Source of the DNA: a virus
DNA: 64,000 nt
Direction: 5' to 3' (one strand)
Virus record (IMG/VR): IMGVR_UViG_3300036760_000069
Span: 1 to 64,000 of that record
In this document: positions 1-9,377 of the stretch, one piece after another
Layout: each line of letters begins with the position of its first letter
Position numbering within the stretch: position 1 is the stretch's first letter
Made by a program: the position numbers and the translations under genes
The notes under the pieces: generated by a model
Databases searched by the model: none
Told to the model about the DNA's origin: nothing
What the model saw: only the letters and a program-made list of their open reading frames with translations

Positions 1-214
1 CCGACAAGAGGCAGTTAAGTCCTGCCGTCGTGACACTTTTGGCTTGGGCATTCATCACGGCCTTGACGCGCACACCTGTGGGCACCGTCAAGACTCGCGT
101 GACCGCCGCCGTCCCCGGGTTCGTCACATTCACGTCAAGGATGGCTACGTCCCAGGTAAAGTCGTCGCCCACCTGCGAGAACTTCACCCACTGGGCCGAG
201 CCGTTGGTCAGCCC
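1..214. repeat. Direct repeat, copy 1 (second copy at 59599..59812)
   Basis: Base-by-base comparison shows 2 mismatches over 214 nt; weaker homology continues to about 535 / 60127. Confidence 0.95.
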
Positions 215-1321
215 AGCGCCGATCCGCCTTTTGTAATCGTAGTTCGTGGGCATCGTCGGGGCCGAGGCACTGGTACTACACAGCACATCCACCACGCTCG
301 TATCCGTCCGCTTGATGACGTAGAAGTGATACCATGTGGAGTTTGCAATGGCCCCCGTATCCAGGCACCCTGCCGCCGCACCAACTGCCCATGCCGAGGT
401 CGTCTTTGCGGTCGACGCGGCGAGGGTTAAGGTATCGACGTTGCCAGAGTCTGTGGCTTGCCCAGCGGCGACGGTGAGCGTGGCAGAGGCCCCCGCCGTA
501 CTCATCGTGAGGCCCGCGAGGTACGAACGCGGGATCTGAACGGTGCTGGTAATCGTGATCGTGCCAGCCCCAGTTGAGCAATTTACCCCAGAGGAACAGG
601 ACAGCGACCCAGCAACCGGGATATTGCCAGTGCTACCGATGGCGAGTTGCCCGTTCGTCAAGGCAAGGGACGCAAGGAGCTTGTTGGTGTCGCCATACAC
701 CAACGCTTTTGCCGTCAACCCGGAGTCCGTCAGCCCTGCAAACGTCGGCGAGGCTCCGGTGTCAATGTTCTGCGGGGTCGACAGCGTGAGCGTGCCCGCC
801 CCTGGCGTCACCGTAATCTGGTTGGTCGTGCCAGCAATCGTGCAGACCGCCGGAATGGCCCCGGTCGAGCCGCAAATCATCTGCCCGTTGGTCAGCGCGG
901 CAAAAGACACCAGTGCGCCCGTCGCGTCGATATAAGGAAGCGTCTTGATCGTCAGGCCAGGAATGATCGGGTTCGAGGGAAGCGAGAGCGCGATCGTCCC
1001 AGCCCCTAACGTGACGGTGAGTTGGTTCGCCGTGCCAGCGATCGAGCCGAGAACTGGGGCAACCCCTGTCGATCCAATCAGCAATTGACCGTTTGTCGGG
1101 GATCCAGTGGACTGCAACAAGCCCGCCGCCCCCAAGTACACCATCCCGTTGACGGTCAGGCCGGCACCGCTGATCTTGAGGCCGCCCGTGAAGGTCTTGG
1201 TGCCTGTCACGGTCTGCGCGCTCTCCAGGTTCATCTGGGTCAGCGTGACGGCCTGAGCAGGGCTGACGAACAGCCCAGCTACTAAAATCGCCGCCAGTAG
1301 TTTTTGAATAGTAGTTCGCAT
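1..1321 (-). CDS. Fibre-like protein with N-terminal Sec signal peptide (runs off window start; absent from ORF track)
   Basis: Hand translation from ATG at 1321 (TGATG overlap with upstream stop): MRTTIQKLLAAILVAGLFVSPAQA|VTLTQ..., three TNGQxxxGSTGxxP repeats, then a PRSYLAGL...YDYKRRIG...WVKFSQV domain shared with 59384..60898. Confidence 0.8.
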   Translation of the reverse strand, partial: MRTTIQKLLAAILVAGLFVSPAQAVTLTQMNLESAQTVTGTKTFTGGLKISGAGLTVNGMVYLGAAGLLQSTGSPTNGQLLIGSTGVAPVLGSIAGTANQLTVTLGAGTIALSLPSNPIIPGLTIKTLPYIDATGALVSFAALTNGQMICGSTGAIPAVCTIAGTTNQITVTPGAGTLTLSTPQNIDTGASPTFAGLTDSGLTAKALVYGDTNKLLASLALTNGQLAIGSTGNIPVAGSLSCSSGVNCSTGAGTITITSTVQIPRSYLAGLTMSTAGASATLTVAAGQATDSGNVDTLTLAASTAKTTSAWAVGAAAGCLDTGAIANSTWYHFYVIKRTDTSVVDVLCSTSASAPTMPTNYDYKRRIGAGLTNGSAQWVKFSQVGDDFTWDVAILDVNVTNPGTAAVTRVLTVPTGVRVKAVMNAQAKSVTTAGLNCLLS

Positions 1322-1764
1322 CAGCTCACTCCTGCCGATCCCAGCCCGACGGTGATGGTGACGGTGCAGCCCGCGCACCCGGTAATCGGGGCCGCCATGA
1401 GGTTATAGCCAAAGACTCGGCACTCCCAGGCTCCGCTCGTAGTAGTCGACGTCACCGAGACCGTCCGATCCGCCGCGGTAAAGCACTCCTTACTCACGAA
1501 GTTCGTCCCATCCACAGAGGTCTGAAAGGTGACGGTAAAGGCGCCTGTCCCGAACACCTGGATCGTCGCGGTCGTGGCGTTCTTGACGTTCGCCACATTG
1601 CAGGTATTGACGCCAGACGGATTGCCGGAGTCCTTGCAGAGCGCGACCGCGCCCGTGTTGCTTGTCTTCACCGAGGCCAATGTGACGGTCTGGACGGTGA
1701 CAGCCGAGGCCGGTACCGCCAGTATCAACGCGAGCGCGAGCGTCAGGAGGCTAGTTCGCCACAT
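1321..1764 (-). CDS. Signal-peptide beta-rich protein, decoration/fibre-like, six Cys
   Basis: GAGGAG RBS then MWRTSLLTLALALILAVPASA|VTVQ; TVTFQTSVDGTNF beta-strand pattern. Confidence 0.7.
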   Translation of the reverse strand: MWRTSLLTLALALILAVPASAVTVQTVTLASVKTSNTGAVALCKDSGNPSGVNTCNVANVKNATTATIQVFGTGAFTVTFQTSVDGTNFVSKECFTAADRTVSVTSTTTSGAWECRVFGYNLMAAPITGCAGCTVTITVGLGSAGVS

Positions 1765-2473
1765 CGGCCGCTCCTCGATAGAGTTCCACCCAGTTCGTGC
1801 CGTCGTAGACAAAGGTGATCGCCCGGCTGAAGCCGTTCGCCGGTTGTGCCCAGGCGGCCCCGAGTTTGTAGAGGGTATCCCATGTCAGTACGCCGAGTGC
1901 CCCGCCGGCGGTATTCCGCACTAGGACCGTCAGATGTTGCCCAGTCGTGGCGGCCGTCGGATTCGCCACGGTAAACGCTGTGCCGTTGGTCGCCGTGATC
2001 CTGAAGGTGTTCCCCAGCGAGGCCGTGATCGTCACGGATGCCCCGTAGGTTGGGTTGACCAACCCCGCCACCACCGCCTTGCTCGCCGTGACGTTGGCGA
2101 CCCCCAGGCTCGTCGTGAGTGTCAGGGCGTTGAAGGTAGGGCTGGCGGTCGTCCGAATGTCCTGGATGGCGTCTAGCGTGAGTGTGCCCGCCCCTACGGT
2201 GGTCGTCAGCGAGGCCAAGGCCCCGATGGCGATGGTACTGGCAACAGGGACGGCCCCCGTCGAGCCGATCAGGAACTGCCCGTTGGTGAGTTGGACGGCT
2301 GTGAGGACTTGCGTGGTGCTGAGATAGAGGGCCGATTTCGCCGTCAATCCGGTGAATTTGGGCGTGCCGCTGATGACGGAGACGGGGCCCCCCGGGTCGA
2401 ACACATCCGCCGCCCTCGCGCTGACAGGGGCAAGGAGAAAGACCGCAAGAAGCGTGGCAAGGATCGGGCGCAT
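1751..2473 (-). CDS. Signal-peptide fibre-like protein
   Basis: MRPILATLLAVFLLAPVSARA|AD; TNGQFLIGSTGAVP repeat as in 1..1321; C-terminal fibre-tip-like domain (ITFVYDGTNW). Confidence 0.75.
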   Translation of the reverse strand: MRPILATLLAVFLLAPVSARAADVFDPGGPVSVISGTPKFTGLTAKSALYLSTTQVLTAVQLTNGQFLIGSTGAVPVASTIAIGALASLTTTVGAGTLTLDAIQDIRTTASPTFNALTLTTSLGVANVTASKAVVAGLVNPTYGASVTITASLGNTFRITATNGTAFTVANPTAATTGQHLTVLVRNTAGGALGVLTWDTLYKLGAAWAQPANGFSRAITFVYDGTNWVELYRGAADVAN

Positions 2474-2474
2474 T

Positions 2475-3137
2475 TTATGGTTGCTGCGTCCAGGTGGCGG
2501 AAATCCCGTAGAGGCGATAGACCCCCGTGTTTTGCATGACGGCTGTGAAATCCATGCCGACTGAGGCGTTCGCCGTGTTCATAAACGCCGGTGTCCCCAC
2601 GCCGCCGGAGGTGAGATAGGGATTGCCTTGCGTGGCCGTTGGGAGCGTGATCGTGATGGCGCCCCCGTAGGCCGCCACGGCGTTCGCCACGTTATTCGCA
2701 TAGGTTGTGGTCGAAAGGGCGTTGAAGGTGTTGCTCGTCAGCGCCGCCGTGCCGATAAAATGCGAGACGCTGAACGCGGTGAGTTTATAGCCTTTGCCGC
2801 TCGTCGTGCGGGTCGGGGCCGGCAGCTCGCACCGGATATTGTACGTCTCGGCGCCGCCCGCCGTGCGCGCCAGCGCCCAATCGTTCGACGCCACGCGGGT
2901 ATTGATGAACAGTGCATTGTCGGACCGGCAAAAGATCACCGCTGAGTAGACCCGCACAATGTCGGTCGGGGCCGTCTGCCCGCTGGCCGTCCAGGTCGTG
3001 CTGTCCGGCATCGTCACCGTGCCGGTAAAAGTCGGCGAGGCGCTGGGCGCGTTCCCGGACGGCTGGGAGATGGTTTGCGCCCACACGGGCGAGCCGGAAA
3101 GCAACATCCATAAGGCAAGGAGGCGCAGGGTCTTCAT
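2475..3137 (-). CDS. Signal-peptide fibre-like protein
   Basis: ATGA overlap at 3137; MKTLRLLALWMLLSGSPVWA|QT; ASPTFTGTVTMP fibre motif. Confidence 0.7.
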   Translation of the reverse strand: MKTLRLLALWMLLSGSPVWAQTISQPSGNAPSASPTFTGTVTMPDSTTWTASGQTAPTDIVRVYSAVIFCRSDNALFINTRVASNDWALARTAGGAETYNIRCELPAPTRTTSGKGYKLTAFSVSHFIGTAALTSNTFNALSTTTYANNVANAVAAYGGAITITLPTATQGNPYLTSGGVGTPAFMNTANASVGMDFTAVMQNTGVYRLYGISATWTQQP

Positions 3138-3718
3138 CCGACCACCGCCGCAGCGGCCTTCTCCGCGAGGGCCTGCGCCTTGCCGATCAGCTCGTCCAGC
3201 TTCGTCTGTCTGGATTTGATGTCCTCGTCCATGGCGTCGAGGCGACCCTGCCGGTCCCGTTGCGTGCCGGCAAAGTCCTCCTGGGCCTGCCGTGCCTGTC
3301 GGGCGAGATCCGCGAGGGCGTTCCGGGTGGCTTCCTCGGCCTCGGCCCGTTCCTTCCCCAAGGCGTCCAGTTTGTCGTCGTGGGCGCAACAGGCCGCGCT
3401 GTGCTTCTCGTCCAGCTCCGCCTTCTTATCCTCAAGGGCCTTTTCAAGGAGGGCCTTCTCACTCTTGAGTTGTTCGTCAAGGGCCTCGATCTCGCCCTGC
3501 TTGGCATCGGCCTGCGCCTGGAGGGCGTCCACCTGCGCGCTGAGAGAAGACGCTTCGTTCCGATAGGCGACGAGACGGGCTCCCGCCTGCCCCAGTACCT
3601 TGAGAACAGTCTGCAACCGCCCCAGCGTCGAATAGAACTGGAGGAGGTCGCCGAGTTGGCGCGCCGCTTCCTCGTATTCTTGCGGGGTGATGTCTTGATC
3701 TACGATGGGGTTTGCCAT
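3134..3718 (-). CDS. Coiled-coil protein
   Basis: 194 aa, A/E/K/Q heptad-rich, GGAGAGG RBS. Confidence 0.7.
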   Translation of the reverse strand: MANPIVDQDITPQEYEEAARQLGDLLQFYSTLGRLQTVLKVLGQAGARLVAYRNEASSLSAQVDALQAQADAKQGEIEALDEQLKSEKALLEKALEDKKAELDEKHSAACCAHDDKLDALGKERAEAEEATRNALADLARQARQAQEDFAGTQRDRQGRLDAMDEDIKSRQTKLDELIGKAQALAEKAAAAVVG

Positions 3719-3730
3719 GGTGTCCTCTCC

Positions 3731-3841
3731 TTATCGTCCCACGCCCATTAACATTCTGAACAATACGTTCGCAGTGAAGCCGCCGCTGGACGTCTTGATC
3801 GTGCTGATCGGCTGTTCAGAGATCGAATGAAAACTCAGCAT
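3731..3841 (-). CDS. 36-aa peptide MLSFHSISEQPIS...LMGVGR
   Basis: Hand translation; fills the gap between two genes; GAGG upstream. Confidence 0.5.
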   Translation of the reverse strand: MLSFHSISEQPISTIKTSSGGFTANVLFRMLMGVGR

Positions 3842-3845
3842 CGCC

Positions 3846-4775
3846 TCACCAGCAAATAATCATCACAAGGCCCGACCCACCATCGCCGCCCCGACCGCCT
3901 GTCGTGCCCCCGCCGCCTCCCCCGCCGCCCGCGCCGTAGGCCCCGGGGCCGCCGCCGCCGCCGATTCCGGCATTGGACGCCCCGCCGCCAAGCCCGCCAA
4001 AGCTGAAGAACGGTTTCCAGAGTTGCAGCCCCCCCGAGCCGTTAAACGAGCCCGCCGCAGGCGTGGCCGGACGTTGTTCAGAGAGCCAGGAGTTTGCAAT
4101 CGACGTGCAGGCCCCACCAGCGAAATCCGCCGAGGTCGTCCCGCCGCCGCCAGAACCAGCCTGACAGAGCGTGGAGGTCACCGGAATAGTGATGGCGGTC
4201 CCATTCCCGCCCGCCACCGCGCCGCCATTCACGCCAGCCTGTCCCGCGACGAATGTCACCAGCCCCGCTCCTACTAGGGCAATATCGCCAATGGCGGCAA
4301 TGGTGCTGGCCGCGCCGCCTGTTCCAACCGCACCCGCAGTCCCTGTCGTGCCCCCGACGGAGGCGACAGAACCGGACTTGGCAATGCAGTTGGCGGTTAT
4401 GCCCCCAAAACTCGGTGCAACTGAAACAAACGACAGCACGCCAGAGCCTGCGGTGCCTCCGCCAGACCCCACCCCCTGCCCCCCCGCGCCGACCGCCACA
4501 AAGAGCATATCGGGGAGAAGAAAGAGCGGAATCGTGACGCGGCAGACGCCGGACGAACCGCCTCCGCCCCCGCCCCCTCGCGCACTTGACGCGGCACCAG
4601 TAAACCCGCCCCCTCCACCCCCACCGCCGCCAATGCAGAGGATATGGGCCATCGTCTTGCCGCGAGGCTTGAGCCACGTCTTCCAGTCCAGAAAAGATGT
4701 GGACGTGCTCGCCGCAGTGAAAATCTGCACGTCCGAGCCGCTGGTTGCCGTGGGCAGATGACTGAAATCAAGCAT
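3846..4775 (-). CDS. Glycine-rich fibre protein
   Basis: GGGGGG tracts, ending GGSGLVMIICW; start MLDFSHLP after GAGG. Confidence 0.75.
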   Translation of the reverse strand: MLDFSHLPTATSGSDVQIFTAASTSTSFLDWKTWLKPRGKTMAHILCIGGGGGGGGGFTGAASSARGGGGGGGSSGVCRVTIPLFLLPDMLFVAVGAGGQGVGSGGGTAGSGVLSFVSVAPSFGGITANCIAKSGSVASVGGTTGTAGAVGTGGAASTIAAIGDIALVGAGLVTFVAGQAGVNGGAVAGGNGTAITIPVTSTLCQAGSGGGGTTSADFAGGACTSIANSWLSEQRPATPAAGSFNGSGGLQLWKPFFSFGGLGGGASNAGIGGGGGPGAYGAGGGGGGGGTTGGRGGDGGSGLVMIICW

Positions 4776-5031
4776 CGGTGGACCGCCTCTTCGCTCCCCG
4801 CCGCTCGCCAAGTGCCGCAACATCATAAGGAGCCGCCGATGCAAGGTCTTGGGCCTTCTTCATCCAATCAAGTAACGGCGGATTGCCGTCCGTGACCCTG
4901 CACCACTCAGATTCGGGAGGTTGAACAAACAACTCCACGCCGGTCCGATCAAGATACCGCTGAACGCACCCGAAAGACACTTCCTGGTACGCCTCACCAC
5001 TCTTCTCAAAGAGAACCTGAATGTAGTCCAT
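4768..5031 (-). CDS. Hypothetical protein
   Basis: ORF packed into the operon. Confidence 0.5.
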   Translation of the reverse strand: MDYIQVLFEKSGEAYQEVSFGCVQRYLDRTGVELFVQPPESEWCRVTDGNPPLLDWMKKAQDLASAAPYDVAALGERRGAKRRSTDA

Positions 5032-5033
5032 GT

Positions 5034-5471
5034 TTAGTATTTCCCTCCAATCGCCGTACACACCCATCCGGCTGCGACTGTGGTCCCCAGGTTGAAGTAA
5101 ATGCGGAAGCCGGGGTTCAAAGCAAAGCCCAGCGGGTAATCAATCTCTCCCGTCGCCGCCGTCGCAATCAGCGTGGTCGCCGGAAGGGAGATCTCGCCGA
5201 TGAAGGAGTTATTTGTCGCCGTGCCCGGCGTCGCGCCGTTGTTGAGGAAGATACGTGCGACCGAGGCGGTGTTCGTCCCGATAGCCTTGAAACGGAGCCG
5301 CTGGATGAACCCGCCATTGGTCGCGTCCGCCGTAAAAACCAGCTTGGCGTTGGCACCGATGCCGGTGTAGTCGTTGTCCGCCGTGAGGAGTGCGGCATTC
5401 ATGCCGGTTCCGGCGTTGTTGGATACCTCTCCGGCTTTGCTGTAGAGCGGATCAATGTTGGGTGCGGCCAT
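5034..5471 (-). CDS. Putative virion structural protein
   Basis: 145 aa beta-rich, ends GGKY, GGAG RBS. Confidence 0.65.
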   Translation of the reverse strand: MAAPNIDPLYSKAGEVSNNAGTGMNAALLTADNDYTGIGANAKLVFTADATNGGFIQRLRFKAIGTNTASVARIFLNNGATPGTATNNSFIGEISLPATTLIATAATGEIDYPLGFALNPGFRIYFNLGTTVAAGWVCTAIGGKY

Positions 5472-5480
5472 ATGTTCTCC

Positions 5481-5843
5481 TTACGGCATGGCAAGGCCGG
5501 TCAGCTTGGCCGTGACCATGCCATGCGTGTCTTCACGGTTCATCCAAAAAGCCGGAATGGTCAGAAACACGTCCTTCGTCCCGGCGCTGAAACTCACCAA
5601 AGCATCAGCATTGCTCGAATACAGCGAGGTGGTTCTGACCAGCGTCGTCGCGCCGCTCAGCACCCCGTAGCCCTCTTCCCATTCCGTGCCCGTCTGCCCG
5701 ACGATCGCGTACCAGAACGGCTCGCCCACCGCGAGACGGGACGCGAAGGATGAGAACTGCGCCACCGCCCCGGCCAGCGTGAGATCGCCCGTGCCGGTCG
5801 TCGTCGTCGTCTCATGCACCCGAGGATAGAATCGCAGCGCCAT
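5481..5843 (-). CDS. Fibre N-terminal-like structural protein
   Basis: RVHETTTTTGTGDLTLAGA...WEEGYG...FSAGTKDVF pattern typical of phage fibre heads. Confidence 0.65.
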   Translation of the reverse strand: MALRFYPRVHETTTTTGTGDLTLAGAVAQFSSFASRLAVGEPFWYAIVGQTGTEWEEGYGVLSGATTLVRTTSLYSSNADALVSFSAGTKDVFLTIPAFWMNREDTHGMVTAKLTGLAMP

Positions 5844-5890
5844 TATTTACCCCCCCCCGCGCACTGGCTCAGAATGCGGATCGTCGCCAT
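5843..5890 (-). CDS. 15-aa mini-ORF MATIRILSQCAGGGK
   Basis: AAGGAG RBS, G9 tract, stop overlaps next ATG (TAATG). Confidence 0.35.
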   Translation of the reverse strand: MATIRILSQCAGGGK

Positions 5891-5951
5891 CAGGAACTCC
5901 TTTTACACCCGCCCGCCCCGGGCCGCTCTTGAATCGCGCCCGTGTCCCGTC

Positions 5952-6458
5952 CTACACCTGGATCGTCCACGTGCCGTTCTTCTCGAACGGCGACCACTTG
6001 CCCGTCTCCTTGCAGCGGAACCGGATCGAGGAGCCCACAACAGCGGACGCTTCCAGGTATTTATTGATCGTCTGGTCGGCCGGCACGGCCGTCCCCAGCG
6101 CATTCAGGGTGCCGCTGGTAAAGTCCAGCGTGAACCGTTCCCCCGTCGCCGGGAGCACGCGGATGATCTGCGCCGCCGCGGCATAGAATTCCCCCGTCTC
6201 ATCCCCCGCCACGCCGGGCGGCAGGGTGAACGTGATCGTCCCGGCCGCGCCGCTGTTCGTCAGCAACGTGCGATAGTCCGCAATCCGCACCACCGTGTAA
6301 TCCGCCGTCTTCGCCGCCACTTTCAACATTGCGTCCGCCTCCTCTATCACCATCACCGACAGCGTGCAGGACGGATCGGCCGCCGAGTTGCCGGACAGCG
6401 CGCCCAGGTGATAGTCCAATAGCTGCTTGGCCGCGTAGCTGGTGAGATTCGCCGCCAC
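5952..6458 (-). CDS. Putative structural protein
   Basis: KTADYTV...GTITFTLP fibre-type motif; possible internal start (GAGGAGG before MLKVAA). Confidence 0.6.
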   Translation of the reverse strand: MAANLTSYAAKQLLDYHLGALSGNSAADPSCTLSVMVIEEADAMLKVAAKTADYTVVRIADYRTLLTNSGAAGTITFTLPPGVAGDETGEFYAAAAQIIRVLPATGERFTLDFTSGTLNALGTAVPADQTINKYLEASAVVGSSIRFRCKETGKWSPFEKNGTWTIQV

Positions 6459-6465
6459 CGTACAT

Positions 6466-6822
6466 CTACGCCTCCAAAAAGTAACTTACATGGCCACGCA
6501 GGCCGACCGCCCCCGAAAGATTGATTACCAGCGCATCCCCGACGGCCGTTTCCAGGAGCCATGACTGCGCCGGCGAGCCGACGGGAGAGGACACGCCGGA
6601 GCTGGCCACCAGCGACATCGCCCCAGATAAATCAGTGCCGGCCCCGCTTTTCCACTTCGCCGAGACCGGCGCGTCCGCCACGATCACATAATTCAGAACC
6701 TTGATCTTCCGCGTCGCGTCCGACGCAACGATCGTATTGTCCCCCGCCGCCGCGCCGCTGATCGGCGCAAAGAGAATCGTCAACCCGCGCCGGAGATCGA
6801 CGTTTTGCCCAAAGGGCGGCAC
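6466..6822 (-). CDS. Putative structural protein
   Basis: 118 aa beta-rich, within the late operon. Confidence 0.6.
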   Translation of the reverse strand: MPPFGQNVDLRRGLTILFAPISGAAAGDNTIVASDATRKIKVLNYVIVADAPVSAKWKSGAGTDLSGAMSLVASSGVSSPVGSPAQSWLLETAVGDALVINLSGAVGLRGHVSYFLEA

Positions 6823-6826
6823 GAGC

Positions 6827-7624
6827 CTACCCCTTCAAACGATAATTACACCGCGCCATGTTGCCGTCCGCGGCCGAGCTGATGATGGCCGCCAGGCCGT
6901 CGCACTGCGCCGGAAATTCCACTTCGCCCAGCCCGCGCATGACGCTTTCGACGTTCCCGTCTCCCAGGGATGCCAGCGAGTACCGCGACACGCCGATGAC
7001 GACGTTACGCGCCTTCCCGGAGGCGGCTGGGCCGCTCGTCTCACGAATCCGAATCCCGTACCAGCCCGGCGCGTCCACTGGAATCCCAGTCGAGTGCCCA
7101 GCCGCCATCACCGTCCAGTCCGTCCCCGGCATGGGGAAATGCACCAGTTGCTCGCCCACCGCCGGCGTCCAGTCGGGCGCCACAAACGATCCCGTGATGG
7201 CCTGCCAGGCCGCCCCGGTGATGCTGTAGGCGAGGTCAAAGGTCGCGCCTGCCGTCGCTACTGTGGTCGTCACCACCGAGATCACGTTGAACGGGATCCG
7301 GCACATGACGATGATGCCGCTGTTGGCGTCCGCGTTCACGCCCAAGTTGAACCCGTCGGCCACATCCGCCTGCGCGTTTGCTGTATCGTCCGTAAAGACG
7401 TTGGCGCCGGTCATCCTCCCGGCCTTCCAGAGATTGACCGGCAACCGTCCGGCCGCGGCGCAGGACACCGAGCCGCCTGAGCGGTTCTGGATGTCGAAAC
7501 TCGAAATGACGAACTGGTTCAGGAACCCCGTGGCGGGACGGACCGCCAGACAGAGGTTGTCCGCCTGAGTCGTCAGGAACTTCTTCTTCCATGCCCGATC
7601 AACCGGCTGATAGGTGTACTGCAT
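6827..7624 (-). CDS. Putative structural protein
   Basis: 265 aa, GGAGGG RBS. Confidence 0.65.
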   Translation of the reverse strand: MQYTYQPVDRAWKKKFLTTQADNLCLAVRPATGFLNQFVISSFDIQNRSGGSVSCAAAGRLPVNLWKAGRMTGANVFTDDTANAQADVADGFNLGVNADANSGIIVMCRIPFNVISVVTTTVATAGATFDLAYSITGAAWQAITGSFVAPDWTPAVGEQLVHFPMPGTDWTVMAAGHSTGIPVDAPGWYGIRIRETSGPAASGKARNVVIGVSRYSLASLGDGNVESVMRGLGEVEFPAQCDGLAAIISSAADGNMARCNYRLKG

Positions 7625-7639
7625 CGAGTTCCCTCCTGG

Positions 7640-8368
7640 TTAGGCCTTGGCCCCTGCCAGGGCGCGTGCGCTGGTCTTGACGGGTTTCTTCTCGGCGGCC
7701 GGTTTCAGTTTCCCAGGTTTCACGCCGCCTGCGTTGGTGTCCGCACCGTCGTCTATCATCTCACCGGGAAAGAACTGCATGGCCTCGCCCGGCACCCGCA
7801 AGAGCGTTCCGCCATCCTGTTGCTCCAGTTCCGCGCCCTCGATCAACCGTTGCTCTCCGTTCGGCATGGTCAGCATGACGCCCGCGTCGACCTGCGCCAA
7901 TACGGCACCTTCTGGCACCACCGTCGAAGGCAATGAGGCCTCCTGCGGTACCCGGCTCACCGCCGGCTTCGGGTACCCACCAGGCGGCATGGCCTTCAAC
8001 GAAGCCAGATCCGCCTCAGTCAGCGTGCCGCCAAGGGCCGCCGACAAGAGCATGAACAACTTCGTCTTCACCTCATCACCCAACCGCTCCGCCATGGCGT
8101 CCAGCGAGCCCGGCGCCTCCGTCGACCGCTGTTGCATGGCCTGATCGGCCTTCTCCTGCGCCGCCTCTGCCGCGCCGTTCTTCGCCAGCCACGCCGTCAC
8201 CAGGGCCGTCACATGGTCGCCAAAGCCCTCCACCTGGTCAAGGCTCGTCACGATCTGCCGCTCCTTGCCGGAGCCAAACTGGAAATGCCCCTTCGGAGTC
8301 AGGTGCAGGTGTTGCCCGATAGCGTTGGTAAAAGTGAGGTCAATCTCGTCGTTGCCCTGTCGTTGCAT
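7640..8368 (-). CDS. Hypothetical protein
   Basis: 242 aa, AAGGAGG RBS. Confidence 0.65.
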   Translation of the reverse strand: MQRQGNDEIDLTFTNAIGQHLHLTPKGHFQFGSGKERQIVTSLDQVEGFGDHVTALVTAWLAKNGAAEAAQEKADQAMQQRSTEAPGSLDAMAERLGDEVKTKLFMLLSAALGGTLTEADLASLKAMPPGGYPKPAVSRVPQEASLPSTVVPEGAVLAQVDAGVMLTMPNGEQRLIEGAELEQQDGGTLLRVPGEAMQFFPGEMIDDGADTNAGGVKPGKLKPAAEKKPVKTSARALAGAKA

Positions 8369-8444
8369 ACCGTCCTCCTTACTGCGGGAGACGGGAGACC
8401 CCCCGGAATTGAGGGGCCTCCGTCCCGCAGGGCTACTACCCCGC

Positions 8445-9377
8445 TTAGATGATGACTGTCACCAGCGCCCCACCCGAACCGGCCCCGACGGTGCCCTTGA
8501 AGTTGTTCGTGATATTGGCGATGGTATTGCCGCTCGCGTTCTTGACCGGGCCGGTGACGAGCGAGTTGAACAGGTTCTCCTCGATCTCGATGCCCGCCAC
8601 CTGATCCGCGCCCGTCAGGTCGATACCGACCGTCAAGGCCGTGCCGTAGCTGTGGATGCGGTTGTTGCCGATCCGCAACCCCAGACAGCCGGCGCCCGTC
8701 TGAATCCCCACGGCCCAGGAGCCCGCCGTGTTGTAGATGAAGTTCCCCTCGATCCGGCTGTGCAGGAGGGCTGTGGCGTCAATCGCCGGCCCCTGCGCGC
8801 CGTCCGCATTGAACTCGCACCCCGTAATCAGCACACCCGTCGCGGCCCCCGTCGCCACGATCCCCTTGGTGGCGATGTTCACCACCGGGGTATTCATGTC
8901 GAAGTGGCACCCTTTGACCCGGAGGTTGATGGCGGCGACCGTGAAGTCAAGAAATGACTTGGCCGTAACCGGAACGCACGTCACGCCCACCATGGTAAAG
9001 TCCGTCCCGGTGACGGTGATGCCCTTGTTGGCGGCGAAGGCCGTCAGCACCGCGCTCGGCTTGGCAGCGTCCATCCCGTAGAACGCCTCCGGGCCGTAGA
9101 TCTTCACATTGTTGGCTGTGACCGCCAAGGCCGCCGTCAGCGTATGCGCGCCAGGGAGTAGGACGATGCAATCGCCTCTCCCGCTCACTACATCGGCATA
9201 GGCGGCGTTGACATCGTTGTAGACGTACTTGTGCCGGCCCCGGACATACGCATTGTGCGTCGAGGCGGATCCGGGCAGGACGAACAGCGGCGTGCCGGGG
9301 ATCAGGTTCCCCATGCCGTTTGCTTTTTCGTCGGTGAACTGTTGCCAGGCGTATTTGTCGCGGATTGTGAGACTCAT
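8445..9377 (-). CDS. Right-handed beta-helix (pectin-lyase-fold) virion protein
   Basis: GDCIVLLPG motif and repeated I.gN.i / C.F strands; located just downstream of the capsid genes. Confidence 0.7.
   Translation of the reverse strand: MSLTIRDKYAWQQFTDEKANGMGNLIPGTPLFVLPGSASTHNAYVRGRHKYVYNDVNAAYADVVSGRGDCIVLLPGAHTLTAALAVTANNVKIYGPEAFYGMDAAKPSAVLTAFAANKGITVTGTDFTMVGVTCVPVTAKSFLDFTVAAINLRVKGCHFDMNTPVVNIATKGIVATGAATGVLITGCEFNADGAQGPAIDATALLHSRIEGNFIYNTAGSWAVGIQTGAGCLGLRIGNNRIHSYGTALTVGIDLTGADQVAGIEIEENLFNSLVTGPVKNASGNTIANITNNFKGTVGAGSGGALVTVII

Noticed and set aside
1-214. Diversity-generating retroelement TR/VR pair
   Set aside because: Both mismatches are A/G on the coding strand, but two sites are too few, both copies are inside genes, and no reverse transcriptase is present
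5850-5858. G9 slippage fusing the mini-ORF to the next gene
   Set aside because: The frame of the downstream ATG has a TAA right after the tract, so no tract length gives a fusion
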